From an uncultured Acidobacteriaceae bacterium (GTDB lineage: Bacteria > Acidobacteriota > Terriglobia > Terriglobales > Acidobacteriaceae), in the NCBI GenBank assembly GCA_963850375.1, contig CAWKKV010000002.1:1059943-1123942 (forward strand): DNA of 64,000 nt. The letters run 5' to 3'. Both the position numbers and the translations under genes were made by a program. Under the pieces are notes generated by a model. It saw nothing but the letters and a program-made list of their open reading frames with translations, ran no database searches and was not told the origin of the DNA. This document shows, in pieces, positions 13,899 through 24,535 of this stretch. Numbering within the stretch: the first letter of the stretch is position 1; every line of letters starts with the position of its first letter.

Positions 13899-13922
13899 CT
13901 TCTCGTTCTGCGCAACCGCACA

Positions 13923-15299
13923 TCAGTCAACCGGCTCAGCAACGGCCAGCTCCCTGTCCGCACCCCGCAGGCTCTCCGCCGTTAGTGCATTCGCGTTGCG
14001 AAGCGCAGGGAACAGTCCCGCCGCGCTCGCCGTCACAATCAGACTTCCCACACCGCCCACCACCACCGCCCGCACGGCTCCCCACCAGTGCGCCGTCAAG
14101 CCGCTCTCAAACTCGCCAAACTCGTTTGAAGCTCCGATAAACAGCCAGTTCACCGCGCTCACCCGGCCCCGCATCTCGGGCGGAGTAGCGAGCTGCAGAA
14201 TGCTCGACCGAATGACTACGCTCACCATGTCACTCGCCCCCACCAGCACCAGCGCCACCAGGCTCACCGCAATGCTCTTCGAGAGACCAAACACCACCGT
14301 CGCCGCTCCAAAGACCCCAACGCAGCACATCATCGTCAGGCCCGCCCGGCGCTTGATCGGCCAGATCGTCAGCGCCAGGCTCACCGACAGCGCACCCACG
14401 CTTGGCATTGCCCGCAAAAGCCCCAGGCCACGCGGCCCGGCATGGAGCACGTCCTGCGCAAAGATCGGCAGCAGCGCCACTGCTCCACCCAGCAGCACCG
14501 CAAAAAGATCCAGCGAAATCGATCCAAGCAGCAGCTTCGTCCGCCATACATACTCGAGCCCGGCCAGCACCGTCCGCACGCTGAAACCCTTCTTCACGAC
14601 CTCCGCATCGATCTCCGGCTTGGCTCGCATCATTCCCACCAGGATCAGGAAACCAACTAACATCAGCAGCGTAAAGCAGTACACGATCGCGGCCCCATTC
14701 CATCGCCGCATCACCCCCGTCATCTGCAGCGTAAACAGCAGCCCGCCCACCGCCGGGCCCGCCATATTCGCGATCTGGTAGACCGTCGCGCCCCAGGTCA
14801 CTGCGTTCACAAACTGCTTCTTCCCCACCAGGCTCGGCAACAGCGCGCTTGACGCCGGTCCACTAAATGCCCGTCCAAGCCCAATCCCAACCAGCACCGC
14901 ATAGATCGGCCAGATCGGCGCGCGTCGCCCCGGCTCCGCAGATCCCGTCCCATGGAGCGCAAACCACAGCAGCGCAAATGTGCACACCGCCTGCACGGCG
15001 TAACAGATCAGGATGATCTTGCGCCGGTCATAACGGTCCGCGACATGCCCCGCCGCCAGCATAAAAAACAGCCCCGGCAGAAATAGCGCCAGCCCCGTAT
15101 ACCCAAGATCCAGTGCCGAGTGCGTGATCTGGTAGACCTGCCAAGCCACAGCCACCGACTGCGCCTCTGCACCCAGAATCACCAGGAGACGCGCCGTCTG
15201 GTAAAGCCGGAAATCCCGCGAGCGAAACGCTCCTCCAGGTTCGGCTGCTGCTTCTGCTGTACGCGGCTCAGCCTCTGCCGCCTGCGCACCCTCGCTCAT
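13923..15299 (-). CDS. MFS transporter (DHA3/EntS-like)
   Basis: About 12 hydrophobic segments, GHVADRYDRRK motif A, PEMRGRV. Confidence 0.9.
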   Translation of the reverse strand: MSEGAQAAEAEPRTAEAAAEPGGAFRSRDFRLYQTARLLVILGAEAQSVAVAWQVYQITHSALDLGYTGLALFLPGLFFMLAAGHVADRYDRRKIILICYAVQAVCTFALLWFALHGTGSAEPGRRAPIWPIYAVLVGIGLGRAFSGPASSALLPSLVGKKQFVNAVTWGATVYQIANMAGPAVGGLLFTLQMTGVMRRWNGAAIVYCFTLLMLVGFLILVGMMRAKPEIDAEVVKKGFSVRTVLAGLEYVWRTKLLLGSISLDLFAVLLGGAVALLPIFAQDVLHAGPRGLGLLRAMPSVGALSVSLALTIWPIKRRAGLTMMCCVGVFGAATVVFGLSKSIAVSLVALVLVGASDMVSVVIRSSILQLATPPEMRGRVSAVNWLFIGASNEFGEFESGLTAHWWGAVRAVVVGGVGSLIVTASAAGLFPALRNANALTAESLRGADRELAVAEPVD

Positions 15300-15353
15300 C
15301 CACCTATGCTTGCATACCCGGAGCCCGCACGCACACTCCGGCTTGTTCGCGGG

Positions 15354-16838
15354 TCAGCGCCCAAGATACTGCGCGAACTGCGACTCCACTACACCCACAT
15401 TGCGCGCCAGCACCAGCTTCGCGGCGTTGTACTGGTACATCGTCCGCACTACCTGGCTCTGTGAGCCCGCCAGCCTTGCCTCCGCCTCCACCACCGGCAG
15501 GTTGTCCGAGACCCCGGCCAGGAAGCGCTGCTGGGCGTCGCTGAGCTCCTGCCGCGACAGCTCCACGTTGCTCTGCGCCACCTTCACCAGTTGATTCGCA
15601 CTCTCTACATCCAGCCGGCTCGATCGGATCTGCTGCTCGATCGTCACCTTCAGGCTCGCAATCTGTTGCTTCAGCCCCAGGAGCTGTGCGTCCGCCACCT
15701 CGCGCTCTCCACGAAACTCCGCCTCGTTGAAGATCGGCACGCGCAGGCTGCCCTGCGCCACGAAGTTGCCATGGTACAGTCCGCGCGTCTCTCCGAGCAC
15801 GCCGTAGTAGCCGCCAAGCGCCAGTGTCGGCAGCCTCTGGTAGCGCACCGCCTTCTGTGTCTGGCTGGCCACCTCCATCTGCGATTCGAGGCTCAGGAGA
15901 TCCTTCCGCCGCTGAAATGCCAGCGTCATCAGGTCCGGCAGCTCCGCATGCGCCAGCTCCACATACGGCACCGTGTCCGTCAGCGTGACCTCCTGGTCCG
16001 CCGCGATGCCCATCCGCCGGTTCAGCGCGATCTTGTCCTTCGCATACTGCGTCTCCGCACTCACCAGCGTCTGCTGCTCGCTCTGCAGCTGAACCTGCGC
16101 CCGCAAGGTGTCCAGATGTGTGCCCACGCCCGTCGCCTGGAGATCGCGCGCCTGCCCCAGCGCGACCTCGTCCACCTTTACCAGGGAGCGCTCGTTTTCT
16201 ACCTGCGCCGCATCCGCGATCACCTGCAGGTAGGCCGTTCCCACGGACAGCGCAACATCCCCGCGCGCATTCAGCGTCGTAAACGTCGACCCTGAAACCG
16301 CCGACTTCGCCGCTCTGTAGAGGTAGTACGCAGGCACGTTGAACAACTGCTGGTTCACATTCAGCTGCGCCGCCGTCGTGTTGACCTTCACGATCGTCTT
16401 GAACGATCCCGGCGCAAGCCCGAACTGCCCAAGCAGGGGACCCAGCGAGGATGGCTTGAATCCCTGCGCCGCAAGGTTCACCTCCTGCGCGCGCGTGTAA
16501 GCCTCCGCCTGGAGCGTCGGCAGGAGGTTGTTCTCAACGGTTCGCTCCAGCCCCTTCACCCGCCGTTCATTCTGACGACCCAGCTCAACTTCCAGGTTGT
16601 GCGTCATGCCCGTCGAGATCGCGTCATCAATCCCAAGCGGCAGCGCCCCTGGCGTCGCATGCAGCACCGGCAGGCTGCCGGAGGGAGTGCTCTGATAAGT
16701 GGTGGATGGAGTCGGTGCCGGTGGCAGATCCGTCCCACTCTGCGCTACAGCTGACATGGGCAGATTGCAGAAAAGAATCGCGAGAGCCCAGAGCGGGCCA
16801 GTCCACTTCGGAAAGACGTTGGATTGAGCTGAAACCAC
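15354..16838 (-). CDS. TolC family outer membrane efflux protein
   Basis: Two OEP-type repeats (LLPTL, RLPTL), helical coiled segments, signal peptide. Confidence 0.85.
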   Translation of the reverse strand: MVSAQSNVFPKWTGPLWALAILFCNLPMSAVAQSGTDLPPAPTPSTTYQSTPSGSLPVLHATPGALPLGIDDAISTGMTHNLEVELGRQNERRVKGLERTVENNLLPTLQAEAYTRAQEVNLAAQGFKPSSLGPLLGQFGLAPGSFKTIVKVNTTAAQLNVNQQLFNVPAYYLYRAAKSAVSGSTFTTLNARGDVALSVGTAYLQVIADAAQVENERSLVKVDEVALGQARDLQATGVGTHLDTLRAQVQLQSEQQTLVSAETQYAKDKIALNRRMGIAADQEVTLTDTVPYVELAHAELPDLMTLAFQRRKDLLSLESQMEVASQTQKAVRYQRLPTLALGGYYGVLGETRGLYHGNFVAQGSLRVPIFNEAEFRGEREVADAQLLGLKQQIASLKVTIEQQIRSSRLDVESANQLVKVAQSNVELSRQELSDAQQRFLAGVSDNLPVVEAEARLAGSQSQVVRTMYQYNAAKLVLARNVGVVESQFAQYLGR

Positions 16839-16994
16839 TCTCCTTAGAGTGCCACGACAGCTCAGAGGTTGCGAAAATTCACCACAGGGGTCTTCCTCCT
16901 CCGTGATCAGCAGTAACGACGGTCCGTCCGCTGTCTCCCCATCTCGCTCACCGCCTTACAAACTCGTCTCGCCACTCACTTCGAAGAACACGCC

Positions 16995-17435
16995 CTATCG
17001 CGTGAACACGACCGTGTACAAGCACTCGCGGTCCCCGAGCTTCACATGCAGAACTCTTCCCTGTAAGGAGATCGAAACATGGGTTCCCGTGGGCCGAAAC
17101 GCCAGCAGTCCAGAGCTCGGCGTTGTGCTGTTGCCCAGTGAAAACGAAGCCGCCTCACGTCGCACGTCCGATGCGGTCCGTTGAACTCCAAAAGACCGAC
17201 CCTCGGAACGAAGCGTATACGTGCTTCCAACGTCGGTGCACAACGGCGCGGGCGATGCGACCGGCGCAGGCCGAGGCGTTCCCGAGGCGGTCGGTCGCGG
17301 CGGCGGCGGCACACTCATCACGCAGTCAGTGGTCAAGTCGCTGGACGAAGTAAGAATGGCATCCGCGTACGTCTGCTGAGCTGGCGCGCTCACCACGAAC
17401 ACCGCAGACATGATGGCAAGCACGAAAGTCCGCAT
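16995..17435 (-). CDS. Hypothetical secreted protein
   Basis: Signal peptide MRTFVLAIMSAVFVVSAPAQ; GGAGGG Shine-Dalgarno upstream. Confidence 0.55.
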   Translation of the reverse strand: MRTFVLAIMSAVFVVSAPAQQTYADAILTSSSDLTTDCVMSVPPPPRPTASGTPRPAPVASPAPLCTDVGSTYTLRSEGRSFGVQRTASDVRREAASFSLGNSTTPSSGLLAFRPTGTHVSISLQGRVLHVKLGDRECLYTVVFTR

Positions 17436-17595
17436 GCGACACCCTCCCTTCCGACTTGGTTAAGACTACTACTCCTGGTCAGAATGAGACCCACCTAATC
17501 TACCTCCCTGTAAGTAGCACATTCCTACCTATTTACCTCGCTAGAGTAGCCAAAAGTGTTATAGGTCATTTTGGGAATTGGAGTGACCATCCTCT

Positions 17596-19647
17596 ATGAC
17601 TTCCTACGCGTCCTTTCTCCGTTTGCTGAGCTCCACCGCTGTCGGATATCTATCCTCCCTCTTCCCGCCCCAGAGACCCGGCCATCTCCCTCGCAAGCTG
17701 AGACACAATCGTGTGTCACGCCTCGCGTGCATGGCGGTCATCACCGCGTCGGTCGCGCCCCTCGCCCATGCCACGACCACCTACTACGTAGGCGCAAATG
17801 GAAATGACGCGAACTCCGGTACGAGCAGCGCAACCCCCTGGCGAACCATTGGGAAGCTCAACACGAAGATGGCGTCCCTGCTTCCAGGAGATGCCGTTAT
17901 GCTGCGTCGTGGCGACATCTTCCGGGACGACTACATCCGCTGCGTCAATCTCGTGAACGCAAACTCCAATACGACCCTCACGAGCAACGTGCCGAAGTGT
18001 TCCGGAACGTCTTCCGCTGCGATCACAATCGGTGCATTCGGGAGTGGAAGCGCGCTGCCTATTCTCGATGGCGCCGATCCCCTTAGCCTCAGCTGGACAC
18101 TCGTCAGCGGATCCACCTACAAAGCCACAATCACCGGCAGCATGCCTTCTAAGCTCTACGTGGACTCCCCCACGGGAGCGACCAATCAGCTCCTGCCCAC
18201 TGCGAACTACGTCGGTATCTACAATCCGTCGACCACATACCAGCCATACGACATGGTAGCGAGCGGGACCAGCTTCTTCGTTCGCGGTCCTGTACCCGCT
18301 GCGTCCAACGTCCCGGTCACGAATCCGTCAACATGGGTCAATGTAACCAACACCTCGCTCGGCAACTCGTCCCAGACCTTTCCAGTCAACACTGGACTCC
18401 AGAATGTCGAGGAAACGCCCGGCAGCTGGTACGGAACAGGATCAACGATATATGTGCACCTCGCAGACGGCTCGGACCCAGGCGCTCACACCTTTGAAGG
18501 AACGCGCAGACCATACGGAGTCCTTCTCGAGGGCGTAAACCATGTCACAGTCACAAATCTGACAGTGGAGCGGGTTCAGCACTCAGGGATCGCGAGTATC
18601 ACCTACCCGTCCGATAAAGGGCATTACTTCGTAGGGGAATACATCAAGATCATCAATGACTGGGTGTGGAACTACGGCTCGATCGTCGCGGACAATCTAG
18701 GCTTGCAGGAGCACATCAACCTCCAGGAAGCCGGCATTCTGGTCCGCGCAAACGGCGCCTACGACCCGCATGAGCTACGCGGGATCTCCATCAGCGGAAA
18801 CTACGTAGGAACCATGGACTCCTACTACGGAATACGTGGCCAGCTATACCAATCCGGAATTGCCGCGTTGGGCATCGACGGAAACGGAGTCGCAAACAAC
18901 ACGGTCATCAGCAGTAACTACGTTTCAACAACCAACGCTCAGGGGATTATCTACAGCACCACGGGGCTCTACTACAGCGGCATGCAGACCCTGAACAACG
19001 GTGGACGGGTTACAAACAACGAACTGACAAACAATCAGGGCAATCTGTTCTTCACCGCCACCCAGGGCGGCTTGGAGGACCATAACCTCATCCATGACAG
19101 CTACGGAGAGGGCGTGCAAACCGGAGGCAATTCGATCAGCACCTCCAGCGTGCCGCAGGTGCACTCCTACAACCTGATCTACAACCTGGGCAAGAGTGCG
19201 AGTGGAACCCTGTATAACGGCTTCGATTGCAACGGCACTCTCGCGGGCGGCTACTGGCTCAACAACACGGTCTACAACGTAAACTCTGCCGCGATCACCC
19301 TCGAGTACGGCTGTACCTCCGCGCACGTCCATAACAACATCTTCGACCAGCACGCGATCCAATTTCCGGCCTTCGACGTGCTCAACCCCTCTTACCTGCT
19401 CTTCTACGTTCCGGGAGCGGGAGATAGCGGACCTGACTTCTCGAACAACGTCTGGTACGGAGGAAGCAGTCCCAAGCCGTTCTACAGCTCCGGCGCGTAC
19501 TTCAATTGCAGCAACTTCGTGAACGGCTGGCCGGACGCAAACTCCGCCTGCAACGTGGATCCGATGCTTGCCGACCCAGGCACCGGAAACTTCACCTTGC
19601 AGACAAGCTCACCCGCCATCATCATGAAGGCAGGGATCACGCAATAG
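17596..19647 (+). CDS. Secreted right-handed beta-helix (pectate lyase-like) protein
   Basis: TYYVGANGNDANSGTS..PWRTI N-terminal motif, Asn/Gly-rich parallel beta-helix repeats, C-terminal DPMLADPGTGNFTLQ; true start may be downstream. Confidence 0.8.
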   Translation: MTSYASFLRLLSSTAVGYLSSLFPPQRPGHLPRKLRHNRVSRLACMAVITASVAPLAHATTTYYVGANGNDANSGTSSATPWRTIGKLNTKMASLLPGDAVMLRRGDIFRDDYIRCVNLVNANSNTTLTSNVPKCSGTSSAAITIGAFGSGSALPILDGADPLSLSWTLVSGSTYKATITGSMPSKLYVDSPTGATNQLLPTANYVGIYNPSTTYQPYDMVASGTSFFVRGPVPAASNVPVTNPSTWVNVTNTSLGNSSQTFPVNTGLQNVEETPGSWYGTGSTIYVHLADGSDPGAHTFEGTRRPYGVLLEGVNHVTVTNLTVERVQHSGIASITYPSDKGHYFVGEYIKIINDWVWNYGSIVADNLGLQEHINLQEAGILVRANGAYDPHELRGISISGNYVGTMDSYYGIRGQLYQSGIAALGIDGNGVANNTVISSNYVSTTNAQGIIYSTTGLYYSGMQTLNNGGRVTNNELTNNQGNLFFTATQGGLEDHNLIHDSYGEGVQTGGNSISTSSVPQVHSYNLIYNLGKSASGTLYNGFDCNGTLAGGYWLNNTVYNVNSAAITLEYGCTSAHVHNNIFDQHAIQFPAFDVLNPSYLLFYVPGAGDSGPDFSNNVWYGGSSPKPFYSSGAYFNCSNFVNGWPDANSACNVDPMLADPGTGNFTLQTSSPAIIMKAGITQ

Positions 19648-19657
19648 CCAGCACCAC

Positions 19658-20815
19658 CTAACGGCGGGAGTTCGCAACTGCTTCCTCAATGACCGAAGCG
19701 AAGGTATGCACAATCTGACGCTGGTCATAGAGTCGCGCAACCGAACTCCCGCCCTTGCTGATGAGCTCCTTCTGTCGCTCCGGCGATAGCGCCAAAGTCC
19801 TGATGGCTCCGGCAAGCGCGTCGGCATCCCCTTCGGGGAAGATGAGCCCACCCCCGGTGGCTCGAATAATCTCGGGAATCTCACCCGAATCGGAGCCGAT
19901 CACCGGCGTGCCACATGCCATCGCCTCTACCAGTACGCGGCCAAACTGCTCCTTCCAGTTCGCCCGCGTCTCAGAAGGAAGGGCGAGGACGTCAAACATG
20001 CCCAGCCAGCGTGGCGTGTCCTCATGCGGCACATAGCCCACAAAGTGAACACGTCCGGCAGCACCTCTAATCTGTTCGGCGCGAGCCCGGAGCTCTCCCT
20101 CGAACGGACCTGCACCGACCAGGACAAGATCCCAGGGAACATCCCGTACTTGCTCCAGCGCTGTCAATAAAACGCCCAGACCTTTCTCAGGAACGAGACG
20201 GCCCACGTAACCGATCACGAAACGGTCGGACCCAATCCCAAGCTGCTCTCTCTTCTTCGTGGCCCACACCGGATCTGCGTGGTACACCTCGGGGTTGAGC
20301 GATAACGGCAGCACCGTAGCCGCATTGCCGTAGCTCTTCGCTCGAAGAACATCCAGCGCACCCTTCGTGACCGGAAACGCGAAGCTCGATTGCTCGAGAA
20401 TCCATTGCTCCAGATTGCGAACGGGGAAAGGATAGGTCTTCAGAATATTCTGCGCCGCGTAAAACCCAATCGGGCATCTGCCTGTCAACCGGTTCGCGAG
20501 GTACACCTGTGCCGTTGCGAATCCGTACGGTTCGTGATGAACATAGATCGCGTCTGGCTTCTCCCTTCGCAGCAGACCGAGAAAGGTGGTCCGATACACG
20601 TGTCGCGGGATGTCGCCGGGAAGGAAGACGTCCGGTCGCAGGATCCGTGCCTGCAGACCGGGCCATGTAGGATTGCGCTCGCTCGCACCGTATTGCGTCT
20701 TCCACCTTGCAGGAACCACCAGGGTCACGGACCACCCTGTCTCCTGTTCAAGGTCGGCATAAAAGCTTTGCAGAACGGCCGTGGTACACGCGTGACTTAC
20801 GACCAGGATCCTCAT
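19658..20815 (-). CDS. Glycosyltransferase family 4
   Basis: YVGRLVPEKG, EQFGRVLVEAMACG. Confidence 0.92.
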   Translation of the reverse strand: MRILVVSHACTTAVLQSFYADLEQETGWSVTLVVPARWKTQYGASERNPTWPGLQARILRPDVFLPGDIPRHVYRTTFLGLLRREKPDAIYVHHEPYGFATAQVYLANRLTGRCPIGFYAAQNILKTYPFPVRNLEQWILEQSSFAFPVTKGALDVLRAKSYGNAATVLPLSLNPEVYHADPVWATKKREQLGIGSDRFVIGYVGRLVPEKGLGVLLTALEQVRDVPWDLVLVGAGPFEGELRARAEQIRGAAGRVHFVGYVPHEDTPRWLGMFDVLALPSETRANWKEQFGRVLVEAMACGTPVIGSDSGEIPEIIRATGGGLIFPEGDADALAGAIRTLALSPERQKELISKGGSSVARLYDQRQIVHTFASVIEEAVANSRR

Positions 20816-20849
20816 CTGACCCTCATCATAGCTTCAACCGGCGCACCCT

Positions 20850-21974
20850 TCACGAGCTCACAACCTCCCGGTAGGCGTGCGCTAACTTCGTCGCACAAGC
20901 ATCAACATCGAAGCGACTCTGCAGAAACAGCTGCTGAAATCCGGGTTCGAGAGACGACTCGCGAGGAGGCAATCTCTCAATAGTCTCAGCCCACTTCGAG
21001 ATCGGCGCGTCCAACGGAAGCATCTGTGCCGTCCCGGCGTTAACCACCACCTCGGGAGGAACGCTCTCGGAGATCACGGCAGGCAGACCTGCAGCCTGCG
21101 CCTCCACCGCCGCCAATCCAACGCCTTCATACAGGGAAGGGAAGAGAAAGCTGTCCATGCCGCTCACCAGGAAGCGCGGTACGTCCGTCGTGTCTGGAAC
21201 CAGGGTGAAGCGATCACTGAGCCCCCTCTCTTGGATCGCTCGCGTGATGGTCGGCCGCAGCGGACCATCTCCGATCAACAGAAAGTGAACAGGGGAGCCG
21301 CGCCGTGCCATTTCCGCAGCCAGATCAACGATAAAGGCGTGATTCTTTTGAGCGACGTAACGTCCGACATGGCCTACGACCGGGACGCCTTCGGGAATCC
21401 CCAACTCTGTTCGGAGGCTTGGATCGGGTGCTCGGAAGAAGCTCTGGAAATCCACTCCGCAATACAGGAGCCGATAGCGCGCGTCGCGCTTCCACTGCTC
21501 TCCGAAGGCGCACTCGGCGGCCAGCTCACTCACGCCCAGGCCGAGCGATGCATAGTGACGAGTAAGTCCGTACCCCGCTCTCGCATACAGCCGTTGCGGC
21601 AGCGAACGCTCCCGAAGCAGCGAACGTATGTCGTTGTGACTGTGAGCCACCAGGTGCCGCACTCCAAAGGCCGAGGCCGCCGCCAACACGAATCCTTGAA
21701 AATGCGTGCCATGCGTGTGAACCAGATCGTAAGGACCACGCGTGCGCAGAATCGAGCGAAAGTTGCCCATAAACTTGGCCGGGTTTGATCGATCAAGGCA
21801 CGGAATCACCTGCGCTCCAGCCTCGAGAAACGCCTTTGTAAACGGCTCCTCCTCCTCCGTCCAAACCATCACGTCATGTTCAAATTCGGATCGATGGAGC
21901 CTGCGAATCATCTGCAGAAGCCATGCCTCGATCCCCCCACGTGCAAGATGGCCAACACTATGCAAAATGCGAAT
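20850..21974 (-). CDS. Glycosyltransferase family 4 (start codon uncertain)
   Basis: HVGRYVAQKNH, FPSLYEGVGLAAVEAQAAG; N-terminal RILHSVG. Confidence 0.88.
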   Translation of the reverse strand: MRILHSVGHLARGGIEAWLLQMIRRLHRSEFEHDVMVWTEEEEPFTKAFLEAGAQVIPCLDRSNPAKFMGNFRSILRTRGPYDLVHTHGTHFQGFVLAAASAFGVRHLVAHSHNDIRSLLRERSLPQRLYARAGYGLTRHYASLGLGVSELAAECAFGEQWKRDARYRLLYCGVDFQSFFRAPDPSLRTELGIPEGVPVVGHVGRYVAQKNHAFIVDLAAEMARRGSPVHFLLIGDGPLRPTITRAIQERGLSDRFTLVPDTTDVPRFLVSGMDSFLFPSLYEGVGLAAVEAQAAGLPAVISESVPPEVVVNAGTAQMLPLDAPISKWAETIERLPPRESSLEPGFQQLFLQSRFDVDACATKLAHAYREVVSS

Positions 21975-22340
21975 GGAGCAACCTCCTCGTAAGAACTCGC
22001 CGGATGCGAGGCACACGCGATGAAGAATTTCTAATAATCTTTTGCGCCTCTCAGGCCCTGGAGCTCACAGCGCCAGCAAGAGGCTTTTTTTCTCTCGCGG
22101 CTCAATCTGGGCCCGTGGAGCTTTACAATCTAAGAAAGCAAACTCAAAGCTCTTCCTTCAAAGGATGCCTGTCTTAGAATAAGCCAGGCTTTCACAGAGG
22201 ATCTCCCTATCTGGAAGGACGGATCGGCGCAACCGTAGGCAATTCAACCTGCACATCGTCCGCAGTGCCGCCGTCCCGAGATCAAGAGAACCGTTCCGAG
22301 TGCAGTCCGAGCTACGGAGCACACAAAGTGAGGTCAAAGC

Positions 22341-23846
22341 GTGACAAACGTCAAGGCACTCGGTCCTCCCGAAGGATCTGTCGCAACCCCATCCAAAGCG
22401 ATCGAGGCGCTGTTCCGATATCGGCGCCGATTTGCCCTGGTCTTCGGTCTGGGTCTGTTGCTTACCCTCCTGTACGTGTTTGTCTCCCCGAAGAAGTACG
22501 AGTCGGATATGAGCCTCATCGTCCAGAATGCTAGGAAGCCGGAGGTGCTCTCGGCGGAGTCGACCACCGGAGGCGCAGCCATGGTCACAGAGGTCACCGA
22601 GGAGGAGCTTTACTCGGAGGTCGAGCTGCTCGGAAGTGCCGACGTCTTGGACGAGGTTGCCGACCCTGGATGGCGCAACGTCCCCGTCACCGCGCACACC
22701 CGCGAGGCCCAGAACCTGCACGAGAGCAAGGTTGGAAAGCTGCGCAAGCACCTCGTGATCGCACCCGTTCGCAAGTCTCACGTGATCGATGTAAGCTACA
22801 CGGCCTCCGATCCCAAGGTCGCCAACGAGACCCTGAACCGTCTGCTCGCCGTCTACCTGGGACACAAAAATAGCGTCTCCTCTCCTGCCGGTGCCTCCAC
22901 CTTCTTCAACGACGAAGCCGCTAAATATCAGTCGCAGTGGAAGACCGCGCAACAAAAGCTCGCAAACTTCCAGCAGCAACACCACCTCGTCACCGTCGCC
23001 GACAAAGAGACGGAGCTCCAAACCGCGATCGCCGAAGCATTGGTTCTCGAGCGAGCTGCTCAATCAGAAGCCAGCGAGATCAATCACAAGATTGAGATCG
23101 AGACGAGGCAGCTCGCAGCCACTCCGAAGCGAGAGAAGACCATGGAGCGGGTGTTGCCAGCATCAGGCTCAATCGACCAGGCAAACACCCTCCTCACCCA
23201 GCTCGAGCTCCGTCGATCCGAGTTGCTCACCGAGTATCTCCCCACCGACAGGCTGGTCCAGCAGCTCGACTCACAGATTGCCGCAGCAAAGGCGCAATTG
23301 GCCAAGTCGCAGACGATGAACTCGGTTGAGGTCTCGAGCAATATCAACCCCAACTGGCAGACACAGGACCAGCAGATCGCCGACGACAGGGCACACTTCA
23401 ATGCCGTGTCTGCGCGCGCGGCCACGATCGCCGGCCAGATCGCCGATCTCCGCAACCAACTCCAGCAGACCGAGCGCGATACTCTCGAGTTCGCTACCTT
23501 GCAGCAGGACGTCACTACCCTTGCGGCCAACAACCAGCTCTACCTCCAGAAACACGATGCCGCACAGATCTCGGAGGCGATGGATGCGCACGGGCTGATC
23601 AACATCGGCATCGCGCAGTCACCCACGTTCTCCTTCAATCCGGTGCGTCCCAGGCCGCTGATCGACACGATCCTGGGACTCGTCACGTCCTTCCTGCTCG
23701 CCTGCTTTGCCGTGTATCTAGCCGAAAATAGCCGGCGCACGATAAGCTCTCCCGCCGAACTCGGTGGAGTGACGCGGCATCCCGTGCTCGCTACCGTACT
23801 GCAGCATGAGTTCCCTGTCAGAAGCCAGGGCCTGTCGCGTACCTAG
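22341..23846 (+). CDS. Polysaccharide co-polymerase / chain-length determinant (GumC/Wzc N-terminal type)
   Basis: N-terminal TM followed by PKKYES, long coiled coil, C-terminal PVRPRP followed by TM. Confidence 0.85.
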   Translation: MTNVKALGPPEGSVATPSKAIEALFRYRRRFALVFGLGLLLTLLYVFVSPKKYESDMSLIVQNARKPEVLSAESTTGGAAMVTEVTEEELYSEVELLGSADVLDEVADPGWRNVPVTAHTREAQNLHESKVGKLRKHLVIAPVRKSHVIDVSYTASDPKVANETLNRLLAVYLGHKNSVSSPAGASTFFNDEAAKYQSQWKTAQQKLANFQQQHHLVTVADKETELQTAIAEALVLERAAQSEASEINHKIEIETRQLAATPKREKTMERVLPASGSIDQANTLLTQLELRRSELLTEYLPTDRLVQQLDSQIAAAKAQLAKSQTMNSVEVSSNINPNWQTQDQQIADDRAHFNAVSARAATIAGQIADLRNQLQQTERDTLEFATLQQDVTTLAANNQLYLQKHDAAQISEAMDAHGLINIGIAQSPTFSFNPVRPRPLIDTILGLVTSFLLACFAVYLAENSRRTISSPAELGGVTRHPVLATVLQHEFPVRSQGLSRT

Positions 23847-23895
23847 CCATCCGCCAGAAACGTGTCGCTCAACAGAACTCGCCAGAGGAGTCGAA

Positions 23896-24525
23896 GTGGT
23901 CGTGATGGATGGTGATCATCGTATGAGTCGGTCTCCAGGGCAAGCGGAGTATCAGGGCCTCGTATACAGCATCGTTCGACTCTCCGGAGACGCAAAGCGC
24001 GGCGTGGCGATCGGTGTCACCTCCCCGCACAAAGGAGCCGGGACCAGCTTTGTCGTGCACGGTCTGGTACAGCAGCTCGGAGGGGATCCGGCCAACCGCG
24101 TCCTCCGGGTCGATCTCGCCTCGGTCGCGTGGGAGGTACAGTCGCTCGAAGATCTGCTGACCAAAATCACTCCCACATCGCAGGAAGGCATCTTCGAGAT
24201 CTGCCAAACGTCGGGAACAGACCAGATGTCACACTCCTCGGCGTTCTGGCATGCGAGCGCGGCAGGTCGGCAGCGGTGCATTGAGGCCCTCCGCGACCGC
24301 TTTCAATACCTCATCTTCGACTGTCCGGCCCTCCAGGTCAGCGGAGACGCGCTCGCAATCGCCGCCATCCTCGACGGCTTCTTGCTGGTCATCGAGGCAA
24401 ACAAGACCACAACGGAAGAGATTCTCGAGGCAGAGCGACAGATCGAGGGCGCCGGCGGTCAGTTGTACGGAAGCATACTCAACAAGCAAAAAAGCCTCCT
24501 CCCGCGTTGGGCGAGAGGTCGATAG
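23896..24525 (+). CDS. CpsD/CapB-like tyrosine kinase domain protein with degenerate Walker A
   Basis: IGVTSPHKGAGTSF, YLIFDCP, DGFLLVIEA, GSILN; GAGGAG Shine-Dalgarno before GTG. Confidence 0.75.
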   Translation: MVVMDGDHRMSRSPGQAEYQGLVYSIVRLSGDAKRGVAIGVTSPHKGAGTSFVVHGLVQQLGGDPANRVLRVDLASVAWEVQSLEDLLTKITPTSQEGIFEICQTSGTDQMSHSSAFWHASAAGRQRCIEALRDRFQYLIFDCPALQVSGDALAIAAILDGFLLVIEANKTTTEEILEAERQIEGAGGQLYGSILNKQKSLLPRWARGR

Positions 24526-24535
24526 AGAGGTCGTC

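Noticed and set aside
22020-22340. JUMPStart/ops element ahead of the EPS operon
   Set aside because: No GGCGGTAG-type sequence was seen on either strand.
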